From Hypanus sabinus (taxonomy: Eukaryota), in assembly GCF_030144855.1 (NCBI RefSeq), contig NC_082715.1, positions 146,630,001-146,694,000 of the forward strand: DNA of 64,000 nt, read 5' to 3'. How positions within the stretch are numbered: the first letter of the stretch is position 1; each line of letters opens with the position of its first letter. Shown here one piece after another: positions 1 through 11,109 of the stretch. The notes under the pieces are model-generated. The model was not told the DNA's origin. It did no database searches and was given only the letters and a program-made list of their open reading frames with translations. The translations under genes and the position numbers were made by a program.

Positions 1-687
1 CAAACTTTAGCAAAAATAGGACAACTTGGATCATGGTCTACGGTCTATGTAAAACCCATTGATAAGTAGCTTTCATTGCAAAGACGGACTGTATAAGAAG
101 ACTGGCATAATAAATATCTAAACGAGTAAACCTCAAGAAAATCCGAAAACTTCACAATACAATTCACTTCTAACCTACACAATTCAGCTCTTGCAACGGT
201 TACAACAACAGCACAGCGGAGGGCCACTAGCTGAGTCGCGGCGCAATAAAACTTCCTTCTTTAGAATGAAAATTTCCCTCCATTTTTCCACTAAACTGGT
301 AGTATGTTCTCTCCCATAAGCGAGTCGGCGGGGTGTAAGTCGAAGTTGGGGGAGGTAATTCGGGAGGGAATGGCTGATGTCACAACCCAATTTGGGTGAG
401 TCCATTCAATGCTCGGGAAGCGCACTTCATGCTCGACATCCTACGTCCTCCCCTCCGTGCTCACCAATTATCAACGTGTTCCTCTATCCCGCGTCAAAAA
501 CTGAGAATGAACTCAACCAAATATACACGGTCCTACTGAGCACTGGCATACTGGCCTGCGAGTGCTAACAGGGCTGCATTGTCACTGCCCACCACTGTGA
601 TTGCTAACATCGCGCGTTGCGTGATGATCAAAAAACGATGTTTATTTTAATCGCGACCTCTCGCGGAACCCCGGTTGAGAAACCCCG
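1..687 (-). mobile_element. End of a hAT DNA transposon (Buster/Charlie type) with a decayed transposase N-terminus; continues past the left edge
   Basis: Minus-strand terminus CGGGGTTTCTCAACC (687-673) resembles the Charlie/Buster TIR. The adjacent 8-mer GTTTAGGA (695-688) fits the Buster nnnTAnnn target pattern. The minus-strand translation near 1-90, RLCNESYLSMGFT*TVDHDPSCP, resembles the ESYLxxGFT motif ahead of the BED finger in ZBED5/Buster transposases. Confidence 0.7.
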
Positions 688-935
688 TCCTAAACTGTCG
701 CCAGACATGCTGCTGAGTATTCCGAAGGCGGATGACTTACTGTAATTTCTGTGTTTATATCTGGAAGCGTTTGGGGACGAAGCAGAATAGTGAGGAAAAT
801 ATTAGAGCAATAGAAATGCGAGAAAAAAATATAATACCAGTAGCTCACGGGATTAAGTCTAATGCCAGTGAAAGTAAAATATTCACATACTGCACAATAC
901 ACCAACGCACTGACGACACGGACCCGGAAAGACAT
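688..935 (-). pseudogene. Truncated Ig light-chain V gene (leader exon 935-887, intron 886-761, V start 760-688)
   Basis: The 49-nt leader MSFRVRVVSALVYCAV matches the other leaders in length and phase. Donor GTGAAT and acceptor TTCCAG are present. The V start (Y)INTEITVSHPP aligns with (Y)LRAEVTVTQPL. A 28-nt deletion removes the first Cys region, then ATGTCTGGCGACAGTTTAG matches ATGTCCGGGGCCAGTTTAG of cluster 1 up to the transposon junction. Confidence 0.85.
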
Positions 936-1008
936 TGTCATTAATTGAGTAGAGCTCACACAGGGCGGAAGGTGAAGTGGGTTCTCAAGTTTATCTCTAA
1001 CTTTCTCT

Positions 1009-1050
1009 TTGCAAATCAGTCGAATCAGAATACACCATGACACCAATCAG
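1009..1050 (-). promoter_or_regulatory. V promoter remnant: variant octamer and CCAAT box
   Basis: TTGCAAAT at 1009-1016 (one mismatch to the octamer) and CCAATCAG at 1043-1050, in the same order as upstream of the three complete clusters. Confidence 0.5.
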
Positions 1051-1849
1051 AAATAACCAGATTCTCCCTGTACTTCAATTATTTCCAAGCTGTCAGCTGT
1101 CAGGGTTTGGTTTCGAGCGGCGTATGTCTGCATGTTTCAATTCGCTCCATTCATTAGTTGTTTTAAAATTTATTTAACCTCTTTCTCTAAGGCTTCACTG
1201 CGTACATATACCACCAGACGTTCACTGGATAAACTCATCGTAATGTCCAGCAACTGTTAAAAATAATGAAAAGCGAAGAGAAGAATTCCAGCTGGAGATT
1301 ATTCTAGAAATGTTGAAGAACTTGATCTCCTTTCCGGCATCATTCTGCGTGCGACTCATTCTCCTGTCCCATTAGTTATAAACAATAATAGAAACACGCG
1401 AAGATTCTTTTTTCCCATAGATGGTGTTCATTGAAGATCTATCGGATATTTCTAAAAGCACCAGACACATTTGCTGCAAATTAATTAAGAGCCTGTAGGT
1501 TCAGGATTCGTTCCCGACCATTTTCTGTCAGCACTTTCGGCTGACGTATCCACCGATTTTCACCGTGCCTTTGGAAAGCGTGGTTGTTTTAATGACGATA
1601 GTAGCACCTGAATTTGGATCAATGCAATTTATTTTGCTACTGGAATGACCTTAGTCCCAAAGAGAATTGAGAAATGTGTTTAAAACGCACTCTTATGTTT
1701 TCACAATGGAATCAAATCAAAACAATGCACCACAAATCTGATTATTTGGGAGCAGCCCGATAGCTATTTTCGTAATCACTCTGTGTCTTAAATTCATATA
1801 TCGATTTAAACAAAGCAGCTGGCTGTCGATTTCCGGAGGAATGGAGACG

Positions 1850-2150
1850 GGCTGACCCCTATTGGCATCAATGGATCTGGAGCTGAGATGGTAAACAGCT
1901 TTAAGTTTCTCGGCATCCACATCACCGAGGACCTGACATGGTCTGTACGTACCAGCTGTGTGGAGAAAAAGAAACAACAGCGCCTCTTTCACCTCAGACA
2001 GTTAAGTAAGTTTGGTATGGACCCTCATATCCTTAGAACTTTCTACAGGGGCGCAACTGAGAACATCCTGACTGGCTACGTCACAGCCTGGTATGGGAAC
2101 TGTACGCCCCTCAATCGCAGGAGTCTGCAGAGAGTAGTGCGGACAGGAGT
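1850..2150 (+). mobile_element. LINE ORF2 3' fragment (Rex-Babar/L2-like)
   Basis: ORF 1888-2193 reads SFKFLGIHITEDLTWS...KKQQRLFHLRQLSKFG...FYRGATENILTGYVTAWYGNC, typical of the RT C-terminal region of these LINEs. Confidence 0.75.
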
Positions 2151-2778
2151 AGACTGCAGTGTGAAGTTGAATTTAGAATCAAATCAAATGTAATCTTATT
2201 AAGTAGGTAGTACGTTTGATATGCTGTGTGACTTACTCCTGATCCTAAATCATACTTCTGCTTATTCATACCTCTTCCTTCTTTTCAACTTACGATAGAA
2301 AGAACGTCATGTCTGAAACAGAGGAAAATTGCATTCCTTGGCCAGTACAGTTAGGAACTGATCAGCGATCTCATGGGGCAAGGATGATTAACTACTAACA
2401 AATAGAACTTACTTTCTGCTGGTTAAATATCATTGTTATGACGAAGTCAGGACTCAAAGTGTTCTGTGAGAACATTACATATTGCGTCTACACATTGCAC
2501 AGTGGCACGGTTGGACAACCTTACCATCGTTTTCCTAATGACTGAGGATACCCCGATAGGCAGCAATTGACTGGAATGCTTATTAATTAATTTTTAAGAT
2601 CCGAATTTACTCTGGCAATTTCCGCATTATCAAGTGGATTCCAGCATTGTACCAACTGGAGCAACGAAGTGAAAGGCAGAGCTATCTCTGGAAATGGAAT
2701 TGCAGTCGGGATGCTGTCTGATCCCATAATCTCTGCAGCATTTATTCTTCAGCGTCGACAATGAATGACAGGAATTGG

Positions 2779-3640
2779 TCAGCGTGTTGCAGCACTGGGG
2801 CAGTGGTGATGCGTCGCTTTAGTTCCGAGATCGCACTGTCGTCTTCGTTTGCCCAATGCTGTCATGCAGAGGTCTTTCTGGTGAGTGCACTTATGAGACC
2901 GCAATAGAGTTGAAATCCAGACGAAGCGGCGATAGAAGTTTGCAAACACCAGGAAACGCCGCACCTGTGTGACCGTAGAGGACTTGGGCAACTCCGTGAC
3001 CACCTGAACTTTTGTCGGGTCCATTTGAACACTGGAAGAGGTAATATAGCCCAAAAAGGAGACTTGGTCTTTATGGAACTCATACTTCTCTGGCTTGACG
3101 TACAGATTCTTGAGAAGCCGCTTGGGAGCCATTTGGATATGCTGGATGTGTTCCTGGTGAGAGCGGAAATAGATCAGAACGTTGTCCAAAAACATATCAC
3201 TGACGACATCGTTGACTAGGGCTTGGAAAACAGCGAGGAAGTTGGCCAGACCAAAGGGCATCACAAAGTACTCATCATGGCCTGTGGGGCTGTTGAAAGC
3301 TTTCTTCCATTCATCCCTTCTCTGTTACAAACCTTGCTCCTGTAGAGCGTTGAGCAGGCGAGTAGAGGTCCATCCAGGGGATATATCATGTGTCATCACA
3401 AAACCGACAGGCTTGGCTTCGAAATTCAACTCACACTGGGTAATGAAAACCTTGCAGGAAACGGGGTCACAGCAGTATCTGCCCATTAGCGGAATACTCG
3501 GCCTTGGTACGTAGACGAGAGTCGATTCAGGTCTGTACGGGGGAGTCGGGGCAATAGTGGCCGAGGTTGTTGGGGCAGCTAAAATGGAGAATGTGCGAGA
3601 TGCTGAGAGTGGGACTAACATGGTCATAAGCTGCTGAATT
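2779..3640 (-). mobile_element. Decayed, internally deleted Ty3/Gypsy retrotransposon (gag piece joined to RT)
   Basis: RT motifs DEWKKAFNSPTGHDEYFVMPFG, FLDNVLIY, VSFLGY and VRRFLVFANFYRRFV. The upstream frame (3325-3627) has the gag-like GRYCCDPVSCKVFITQCELNF. Confidence 0.8.
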
Positions 3641-4749
3641 ACGACTGCAGAATGCTAATGCCTGTTAGCTATCGATGGCTATGTGCTGTAAGTTTACGGA
3701 CTGCGGCTGTTAAAGCAGAAATGGCAGACACCTGACTCGATTATCTGTGGTGAGCTGCTGAAATGTTGCTACGGGAAATAACATCTGTTCCTTCAATTCA
3801 GACTGAGCCTGTTGAATCGAAATTATATGCCGCATTACTTCAGTCACTTCTCCCTAAAACAAGTTGGATCGCCTGTAACTTCTACCCTATCTGGCCAATG
3901 AAACTCAGGGCCAAGGTTAGATGTTCTCTCTCTGCTGTATCCGTTTTCTTGGTCGGGACTCGCAGTCAGAACGTTCGTATATGGTCCAAGTGTGGTGACA
4001 GAGAGACAGGGAAGCGTGTCGAGAATGATTGCAGAATTTAAATGGAAGGGAAATAATAAACGCTCAGCCAACGGGGCCGCTAACTAAAACTGTCAATTTG
4101 GAAGTCAAATTCCAGAAACGCGCCTAGAAGCAATACTGAAATGCTAAATAAGTACCGCTCCTCTCCAGTGTCAGTCGAAATGGTAGTCCTCTTTCCCGGA
4201 CAGGAACAAGTATACGCAGGCAGCGTATTGTTGATGTGCTGTGGGTGATGTCTCTACAATTTCGTCATGAGCAAGCTGGGGAACCGTTATGCAGTCGAGC
4301 TGCGGAGCCGCATAGACCCCCCCCCCCCCAGCAGAGTAGGTGGTTGTGAGACGTTTACCACCTCTTTCACATTCCGTAGATCATGGCACAAATTCCCTAC
4401 TTTCCCCCTGAGTGGTCAATGTCTCACTGGCAACTCTCAACGCATGAATAAACTACTTTTATATTCTCTAGTCCAATTGCAAGGACGTTTATTGGCCCCT
4501 TTGATTCCTCCCGACTCTGTGTTTAATTTCTCTCTTACTTCCTGTATTTTCCTCGATTTCCCGTCCGATTTCAGGTTGTAAAACTTTTCGTATGCCTCCG
4601 TTTCCTTTTTGATAAAATTTGAAACGTCTCTCATCATCCAAGTTTTTTGTTACCTTGCCAAAGTTGTCCTTGACCCTTAAGGAAATCCTTGATTTCTGAC
4701 CTTTAAATAGCTTTCACATGTCCAAACAAGCAAAAACCTTCAAATCTGA

Positions 4750-5365
4750 AATTTGATTAAGCAAATGGCATTCAGAACTGGAGTTTACGTAAGTGAGTCG
4801 ACCGCCACGAAGCCAGTCATCACTGCGGCCGGTTCAGGAGTCCGTCAGTTGCACGCCACAGCCTCAGAGTTCAGTGCAGAGACGAGTAAACATCGCGGAG
4901 CACCCTAGCATTTTCATTCCGGGCCGGCACTTAATTTAGCCAAACCTTGTGTTGTTATTTAATCGGGGAACGTGGTCCTGCTGCTTCAATACCGTCTCGA
5001 GCCCGTGCCCTGCCGTCTCCACTCTGCCTCCCCTCGGATCTGACGCTTCGAATTGGTTCCAAGTCCGCTCCAGCAATGGCTAGAAATTGTCACAATCCCC
5101 TCTCTCGGGCTCGGGATCCATATCCTCCATTCAACCTGTACACAGCAGGCTGCCACCGTCCTGCAACTTCGACTCTTAGGATTACATCTCAAAAATTCCA
5201 AGTCATACAGCCACTTCAAAGACTGAACTCTGAAAGGAAAATTACAGGCAATTGATTTTAGTGATCGTTTCAAGAAAAAGTGTGACTAAAAAAGTACTTA
5301 ATCGTGTTTGCTGCCATTAAGTCGTCGCTGTATTTTACCAGCGCCATCTTAAACCGGAAACGAGT
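4750..5365 (-). repeat. Interspersed repeat, probably a non-autonomous LINE derivative; copies at about 23070-23865 and 43190-44030
   Basis: Present in all three units. The minus-strand start TTCCGGTTTAAGATGGCG is a YY1-type motif often seen at LINE 5' ends. No ORF. Family not identified. Confidence 0.3.
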
Positions 5366-6769
5366 CAATAACCCAATTACGATAGGGCTGGGGTCATATA
5401 TCAGCCTAAGTGGGTAAGGTTGGCAAAGTTTACCCATTAACGTGCAGTAATGAGCCATATAAGCTTCGTGACAATGTGGTGAATATACGATTATCATCAT
5501 TCAGATGTGTTCTTTACTTTTTATATCGCCAATGAGAAGTTTCTTTTTACCATGAATAGCAGTATTTACCGTCCAGTGGAGTTGATTAAGTGACTGTGTT
5601 GGTGTGAGTGTGCAGATGGATGCAAAGCAAGGTATGAAACTCTTTGGGTGAGTATATAAACTGTTCTTTGAACAGTATATCCCAGTATATCGATATCTAG
5701 ATATCTCAAAAGATGGCGACTTCCTGACACCAAGTTCAGAGATATGGATTTCTGGCAAATACATCGGTAACTAAACTCACATGATTGAAATCTGGAAAGA
5801 AATAAAATTAACGTGATCTAAGTCAACTTGGGTTGTTAAGTCAAGTAGGGACAGTGTATCCTGTGGAGGTCACAAATCCATTCCACCAACGACAAGGCAT
5901 ATGTCGAGTATAATAGAACGCCTTCCTCAATACTTCAGTTAAAATAACACTAAAAAAGCATGGCGCTGTTAGCTAACAAAGCCTTCTCCTTCAGTGGTAA
6001 GTTTTAACATTGCTAATTATTATACAAGACAAGCTTTTTACTGTATTTTGGTACGTGTCAATAATAAACCAATACAAACCACTGAAGAATAAAAGCTGCA
6101 ATGTGTATAAGCTTTAAAATTCATTGCAGTTAATCAATAACTACAACGCACCTGCCAAACTGGCGACTTTTAACAACAAGAAAGACAATTGTTACAAGTA
6201 CATGGAAACACCGACACCTGCGCAAACAACTGTAATCCATCCTAATTTGGGGAAAAAATGTTTTCGTTCTTTCATTTTCTGCACGTCCAGTGATGGCAAT
6301 TCATCCTCAATAATATTGAGGGAGTCCGGTAACAGAAGAACTACAGCGCTGTAAGAGTTCGGCTCACAACTATCCCTTCAAGGCGAATTAAAAACGGCCA
6401 GTGACCGCTGGCTTGCTCAGCAACACGCAAATCGCCAAGACAAGCGGGACATGAGTGCAAGGGTCAACGCAAATTAACGCTGGTGATAATCTGACTTTCT
6501 TCTGTGTGTTTGCAGGAATTGAATTCAGTGACACGTTAGAACAAATCATATTTCCTTAAGGTTGTGATTGTCTGCATGGACGTAACTCGCCACAATCATG
6601 CTCAATAACCAGAAAATGCAGGCGTTTTAATAAAGTCAGGAGTCAATGCCGTTAAAAATTGACCTTAAACCGCACAACTAAATTTTGACATAATTCGGTC
6701 AATGACGTAGTGCTCCTGGAGCAGACGAGAAAAAATAAATGTGATGTATAATCTCCTCAAAGCATTGCA

Positions 6770-7030
6770 TTAACCATTACGGTCCCACTCTCGTCTGTAA
6801 GAAGTGGAGGGTTGGACATGGGGCTAGCAACCACAACTTGCAAAAACCCAGAGGCACAGAAACGTCAAAAGAAGCCCTAAAACCACATCCAGCGGCAGAA
6901 ATGATCTTCGTCTAAAAGATCGTGTGGTGAAAGCGGAATGAACAGGGCCTGTCCTTCGTCCCAGGACTGAGGCCTCTGCCGAGTTGCTCTCAGCGCCCTG
7001 TGGGGTTGATGTACTTAAAAAGAAGATTAA
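6770..7030 (+). mobile_element. Short RTE-related non-autonomous element; copies at about 27330-27520, 28560-28800 and 45460-45720
   Basis: Ends with sequence resembling an RTE ORF terminus (cccaggactgaggcctctgccgag...) followed by an (AAG)n-like tail. Shared by all units. Confidence 0.45.
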
Positions 7031-7779
7031 TGGATTTCAGACTTAAGGGTTTGAAAATCATTGTTTCGTGTGCAGGTTCAGATTCCTGTATGAACACTTC
7101 CATGTAAAGCTAATCTAACACCTTTCCCAACGCACTCCCATTATCACGGGAAAATATCGAAGACCCTTTCAACGCCTGTTTTGCTCTTCTTCCAATGAAA
7201 CGGTCACATGTTCGTCTTACTTGGGTCCAACAGTCTATTCTATTGCTGTCTCTTTGGCAACTGGAATTACCGTTTGGAGGCCTTATACCACTTATCTCTC
7301 CTATGCCATGGAAAAGTTTGGTAATGGAAAATCTTCACTATAAATGCATATATCTGCGAGATTTGTAAACGTACCACTCGCCACTCACAATAATTCTCGT
7401 GCTATTCAGGTCTAATGTTAAGCACAATAATATCATTTGAACCTGGAATTCCATGAATGCCTGGAATGTGTGATAGGAAATGAATGTTTGTGCCACCATA
7501 TGACTTAAAGCTAAACCTTTTAAAAATCGCCACAATCGTCATTTCTACAGGCAGGCTAGTCTTGGTGAAGATGGGGATCGGTGGTGGGGGAGTGTTATCT
7601 TACATATAGCAGCTGGAAAGTTTGAATTGAATTAATTTCTAGCGTCCACAGACTTAATTTCTAGCGTCCACAGAGGAAAAAAGATCTCCATCTCAATGTG
7701 CAATGTGTAATTTATGGTAATTTATAATAAATAGTATGTATAAAAAGCCAGTCAATATAACATAGAGATACAATTGCTT

Positions 7780-8115
7780 CAGCATGAATTAATCTGTCTG
7801 ATTGGCCTGGTGGCTATGCTGTCCCGGAGCCTCTTGGTCTTGGTTTTTATGCTTTGGTACTGTTTCTCGGTTCGTAGCAGCCGGAACATTTTGTGGTTGG
7901 GGTGACTCGGGCGCCCAGTGATTCTTCCAGCACTTTTTACACACACGTCTTTGTAAGTGTCCTGAATAGTGAGAAGTTCACAGATGCGCCGGGCTGTCCG
8001 CACCACTCTCTGGAGAGTTCTGTGATGGAGGGACGTACAGTTCCCATACCAGGCAGGATGCTCTCAATTGTGCTCCTGTAGAAAATTATTAGGATTTGGG
8101 GGCCCAAATCAAATG
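7780..8115 (-). mobile_element. LINE ORF2 3' fragment (Rex-Babar/L2-like); corresponding copies at about 29550-29900 and 46470-46820
   Basis: Translations VRTARRICELLTIQDTY...PSHPNHKMFRLLR and LRIFYRGTIESILTGCITAWYGN (unit 3 copy). Confidence 0.7.
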
Positions 8116-9139
8116 AAAAGATACTTGAAGAACTGAACAGACTAGATACTTTGTCTCTGCTCCATGTGGCAGTTTAGGCCTACTTCCTTACTATTAGATG
8201 ATGGCTCTGCCTAATTCACCTACTTTGACCGCTAATACCGAAAACCCAGCAAGGTAAGCCTTAGGTCTTAACTTAAAAGAACCCCTATTTTGATAGATAT
8301 CTGCATCTGAAGACTTCAGAATTTAACTGATAAACAACAATCCACAAACTCAAGGTCACTTCGAAATTGCTGGCTTTCAGCCTTTCTTACCGCGTACACA
8401 CCCTGAGTGGTAAGTGTGGAGTTTCGTGGTAAGTAGAGTGCAATGATTTCGTCAGTGGTTGGAGTGAACATTGCTGTACCGACTTGGCACTGGCCAATGT
8501 TTATATAGCCCATTGTGTCACGCAAACATGTGTTAGCTAATTGGCATCCTCGTTGGAGTTCTCACATGTGAACACTACCAGCCAGATTTGCTATAGTAGA
8601 AGGTGACTGCAGTCCAAACTAACTAGGGTGACCAGAGAATCTTGCTCTTGGGTGGGTGGGCTGAGTGAGTCTGTAAAACAACAAAGGAGTGAAGGTCTTT
8701 CTCTTACTTGAAATAATCTTTGTTTTATGATAAGTGGAAGATTTACTGAACGTGCCAGAAAAATCACTCATGAAAGGAGATGTCAGTATCAGAATCAGGT
8801 TTAAAATCACAGGTATATGTCGTGAAATTTGTTGTTTTACCAAAGCAGTGCATTGACATAAATAATAAAAATTATAAGTTGCAATACGACGTGAGTATGT
8901 ATATATATATTGTACTGTATTCTCGAATCTCTGATCATCATCGTACCCAGCATTAAAGGCATCTGTACTGCGAAAATAGTAGTCAATTGGAAATATTTGA
9001 TTTCTTTGAAACCTGAGGTCACGCCAAGCAAGCTACTGTTAATTAAAGGTGCGTGCAACAGCTTCGTAGCTAGTTAGGGTGCTAGCGATAGGTTAATTCA
9101 ATTCTATGTCGCCTTTCTAACCATAGTACTAAAACTTAC

Positions 9140-9195
9140 TGAACCCGGATTGCTGGTACTATAAAGCTCATGTTAACTCCAACTCTACCACGACG
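9140..9195 (-). mobile_element. 5' head remnant of a tRNA-derived SINE
   Basis: Occupies the same position as the longer SINE copies at 30895-31145 and 54375-54555. Each unit carries a different deletion. Confidence 0.5.
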
Positions 9196-9786
9196 CACTT
9201 CGTGAACCTTGCACAGATTTTCTCTTTTTTTCATTGCTTCATTGCTCTGGAAGTTGACCCTTTTCATACAATTGAAATCTAAAGCGAGATTTTTATTAAG
9301 TCTGGACTCACCAGTCAATGGATAACTTGATTATTTTAAAAGATGTCTGTCAGGAACATTATTTGAAGTTTACTTAGGATTATCTGGTGCACAAACGAGT
9401 CTTTGATCGAGTAGAACAGTGTACATGCGAGAACGCTGAGGTTATACCTCATTTCCTCGTCAGACCAAGTGTGCCCTGCATGGTACACACGGTGGTTTAC
9501 CTGCCGCGATGCAAAACCTGTTGACAGGAGAGCTATCAAATCGCTGTTGCGCAATGATTAACTAAGCCGGTTGCTTTCGTTGCATTACCCTGTGCCAGAT
9601 GAGCCGCGCGGTAGAACCTGAGAACCAGTTGAGACCCGCTACAGTTACAGGACCGAAATCAACAGGAAGTAATTTCCACAAAGAAAAGAGAGGCGAGGTG
9701 ATACTTTTTTCCTCAAATTTCCGGTCAGTTTTTCCCCCGTAAGAAAACAAACAAAATGACCTTGCATTTGAGATAAGTTTGCTGAC

Positions 9787-9792
9787 TTTATT
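9787..9792 (-). terminator. Polyadenylation signal of IgL cluster 1 (equivalents at 31742-31747 and 55164-55169)
   Basis: AATAAA on the minus strand about 260 nt after the C stop, conserved in all three units and followed by a T/G-rich tract (ttttgtttgtttt in units 1 and 3). Confidence 0.7.
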
Positions 9793-10054
9793 GAACCACT
9801 ACAAAGAGTGTTGCGGATGCAATAGTCGCACCCTGGCTTTAGTTATGTTATTTAATGAACAGAAACAAATTTCAATCAATCTGGAGTCTTTAACCAACAC
9901 TGGATATCTGCCAACAGAACAGAGTTTACAGTAAACAAATCGTAAAAGCTGAAGCTTCCGCTGCAAAGGATGTATTTAAAAAATAACATTCCACTGAATA
10001 AAAGAAACAAATTGTCAAAGAACTTTTCTTAGCTCAGGTAACAGGTTTATGACA

Positions 10055-10377
10055 TCAAACACAGCGGGATCTTGCGATATTTGCCCGTAGCGGGTTTGCT
10101 TGAGTCTCGTGTTTAACCACACAGGAGTAAAGCTCGTGTGAGTTCCAGTCTGAGGCTCTCAATGTCAGGTAACTGCTCACACTGAACGTGTTGTCCGTCT
10201 CCTGTTGCAGTCGGCTGTTCTCAACGCCGTTCCTTCTCGCACTGCCGTCCACAGCCCACTCAATATCCACAGCACCCGGATTAAACCCGTTCACTAAACA
10301 CGCAAGCGTGGCGGTGCCCTTCACCCTGATTTCGTCCGCTGAAGGGGGCAAGATCGATACGACTGGGGGCCGGGGAT
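10055..10377 (-). CDS. IgL: Ig light-chain constant exon, lambda-like (type II), cluster 1, intact
   Basis: Acceptor AAAAACCAG at 10378, phase 1, 323 nt: NPRPPVVSILPPSADEI...TATLACLVNGFNPG...IEW...FSVSSYLTL...WNSHELYSCVVKHE...SRCV*. C1-set Cys/Trp/Cys present, and a penultimate Cys for the H-L bond as in lambda chains. Confidence 0.95.
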
Positions 10378-11109
10378 CTGGTTTTTAAAAAAACAGTGGC
10401 AGTTAAGTAAAGGCCAAAGAAACTATTTCACATAGCACTGTAATTAATGTAATCAATGTAATTAACCAGCATGTTTTTCATCTCTACACCTTTCAAAATA
10501 AGAAATCCATACCAGCTGTTTAAGCAGCACAAGAATTTTCATGAAGCATGTTAGAATTAATCCAACACTACGACAGTAATTACTTCTTGTAGAGCATTCT
10601 CACCGTTAATAAACAGGAGAGATCGACATAATTTCTGCAGCGCACTATTGTACACAGATAATTGTTCTCTATTTCCCTAGCTTTCTCACACAGAAGAACC
10701 AATTAGTCCTCGGGAATCCTAAAGTTCAAGAACTGCGATGCCAAATCGTTAGGTAGAAATATAAAATTGTGAAATGTGAGCTGCACTGATTCAATACCCC
10801 AAATGTTAACCTTCTGTAATTCATCTTAATATTCGAAAGCTATCATTTCTGTTCTCCCTCTCATGCTTCAGTTTGAAAACCTGATGAAGCAAAAAAGTAG
10901 ATGTTTCACATCAGTAAAGTTTCCGATAGAATCTTTTCCTAATTTAATAAAGCAATTAGGTTGTTAATGTTAATGTTTTTGAACAGAATAACCTTTAACA
11001 GCTTAGACTATGACAAAATAAACCCGTTATGATAACAAACGCGGAAAACGCAAATACTGAAAAACTGAATTAAAATCTAAAAATGGTGAGGTTACCCAAC
11101 AGTTTAGTA

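Noticed and set aside
593-599. CACAGTG (minus strand) downstream of the truncated V
   Set aside because: It lies inside the hAT element, about 90 bp from the V breakpoint, with no nonamer.
10188-10388. Plus-strand ORFs repeated opposite each C exon (also 32122 and 55564)
   Set aside because: Antisense shadows of the conserved C exon.
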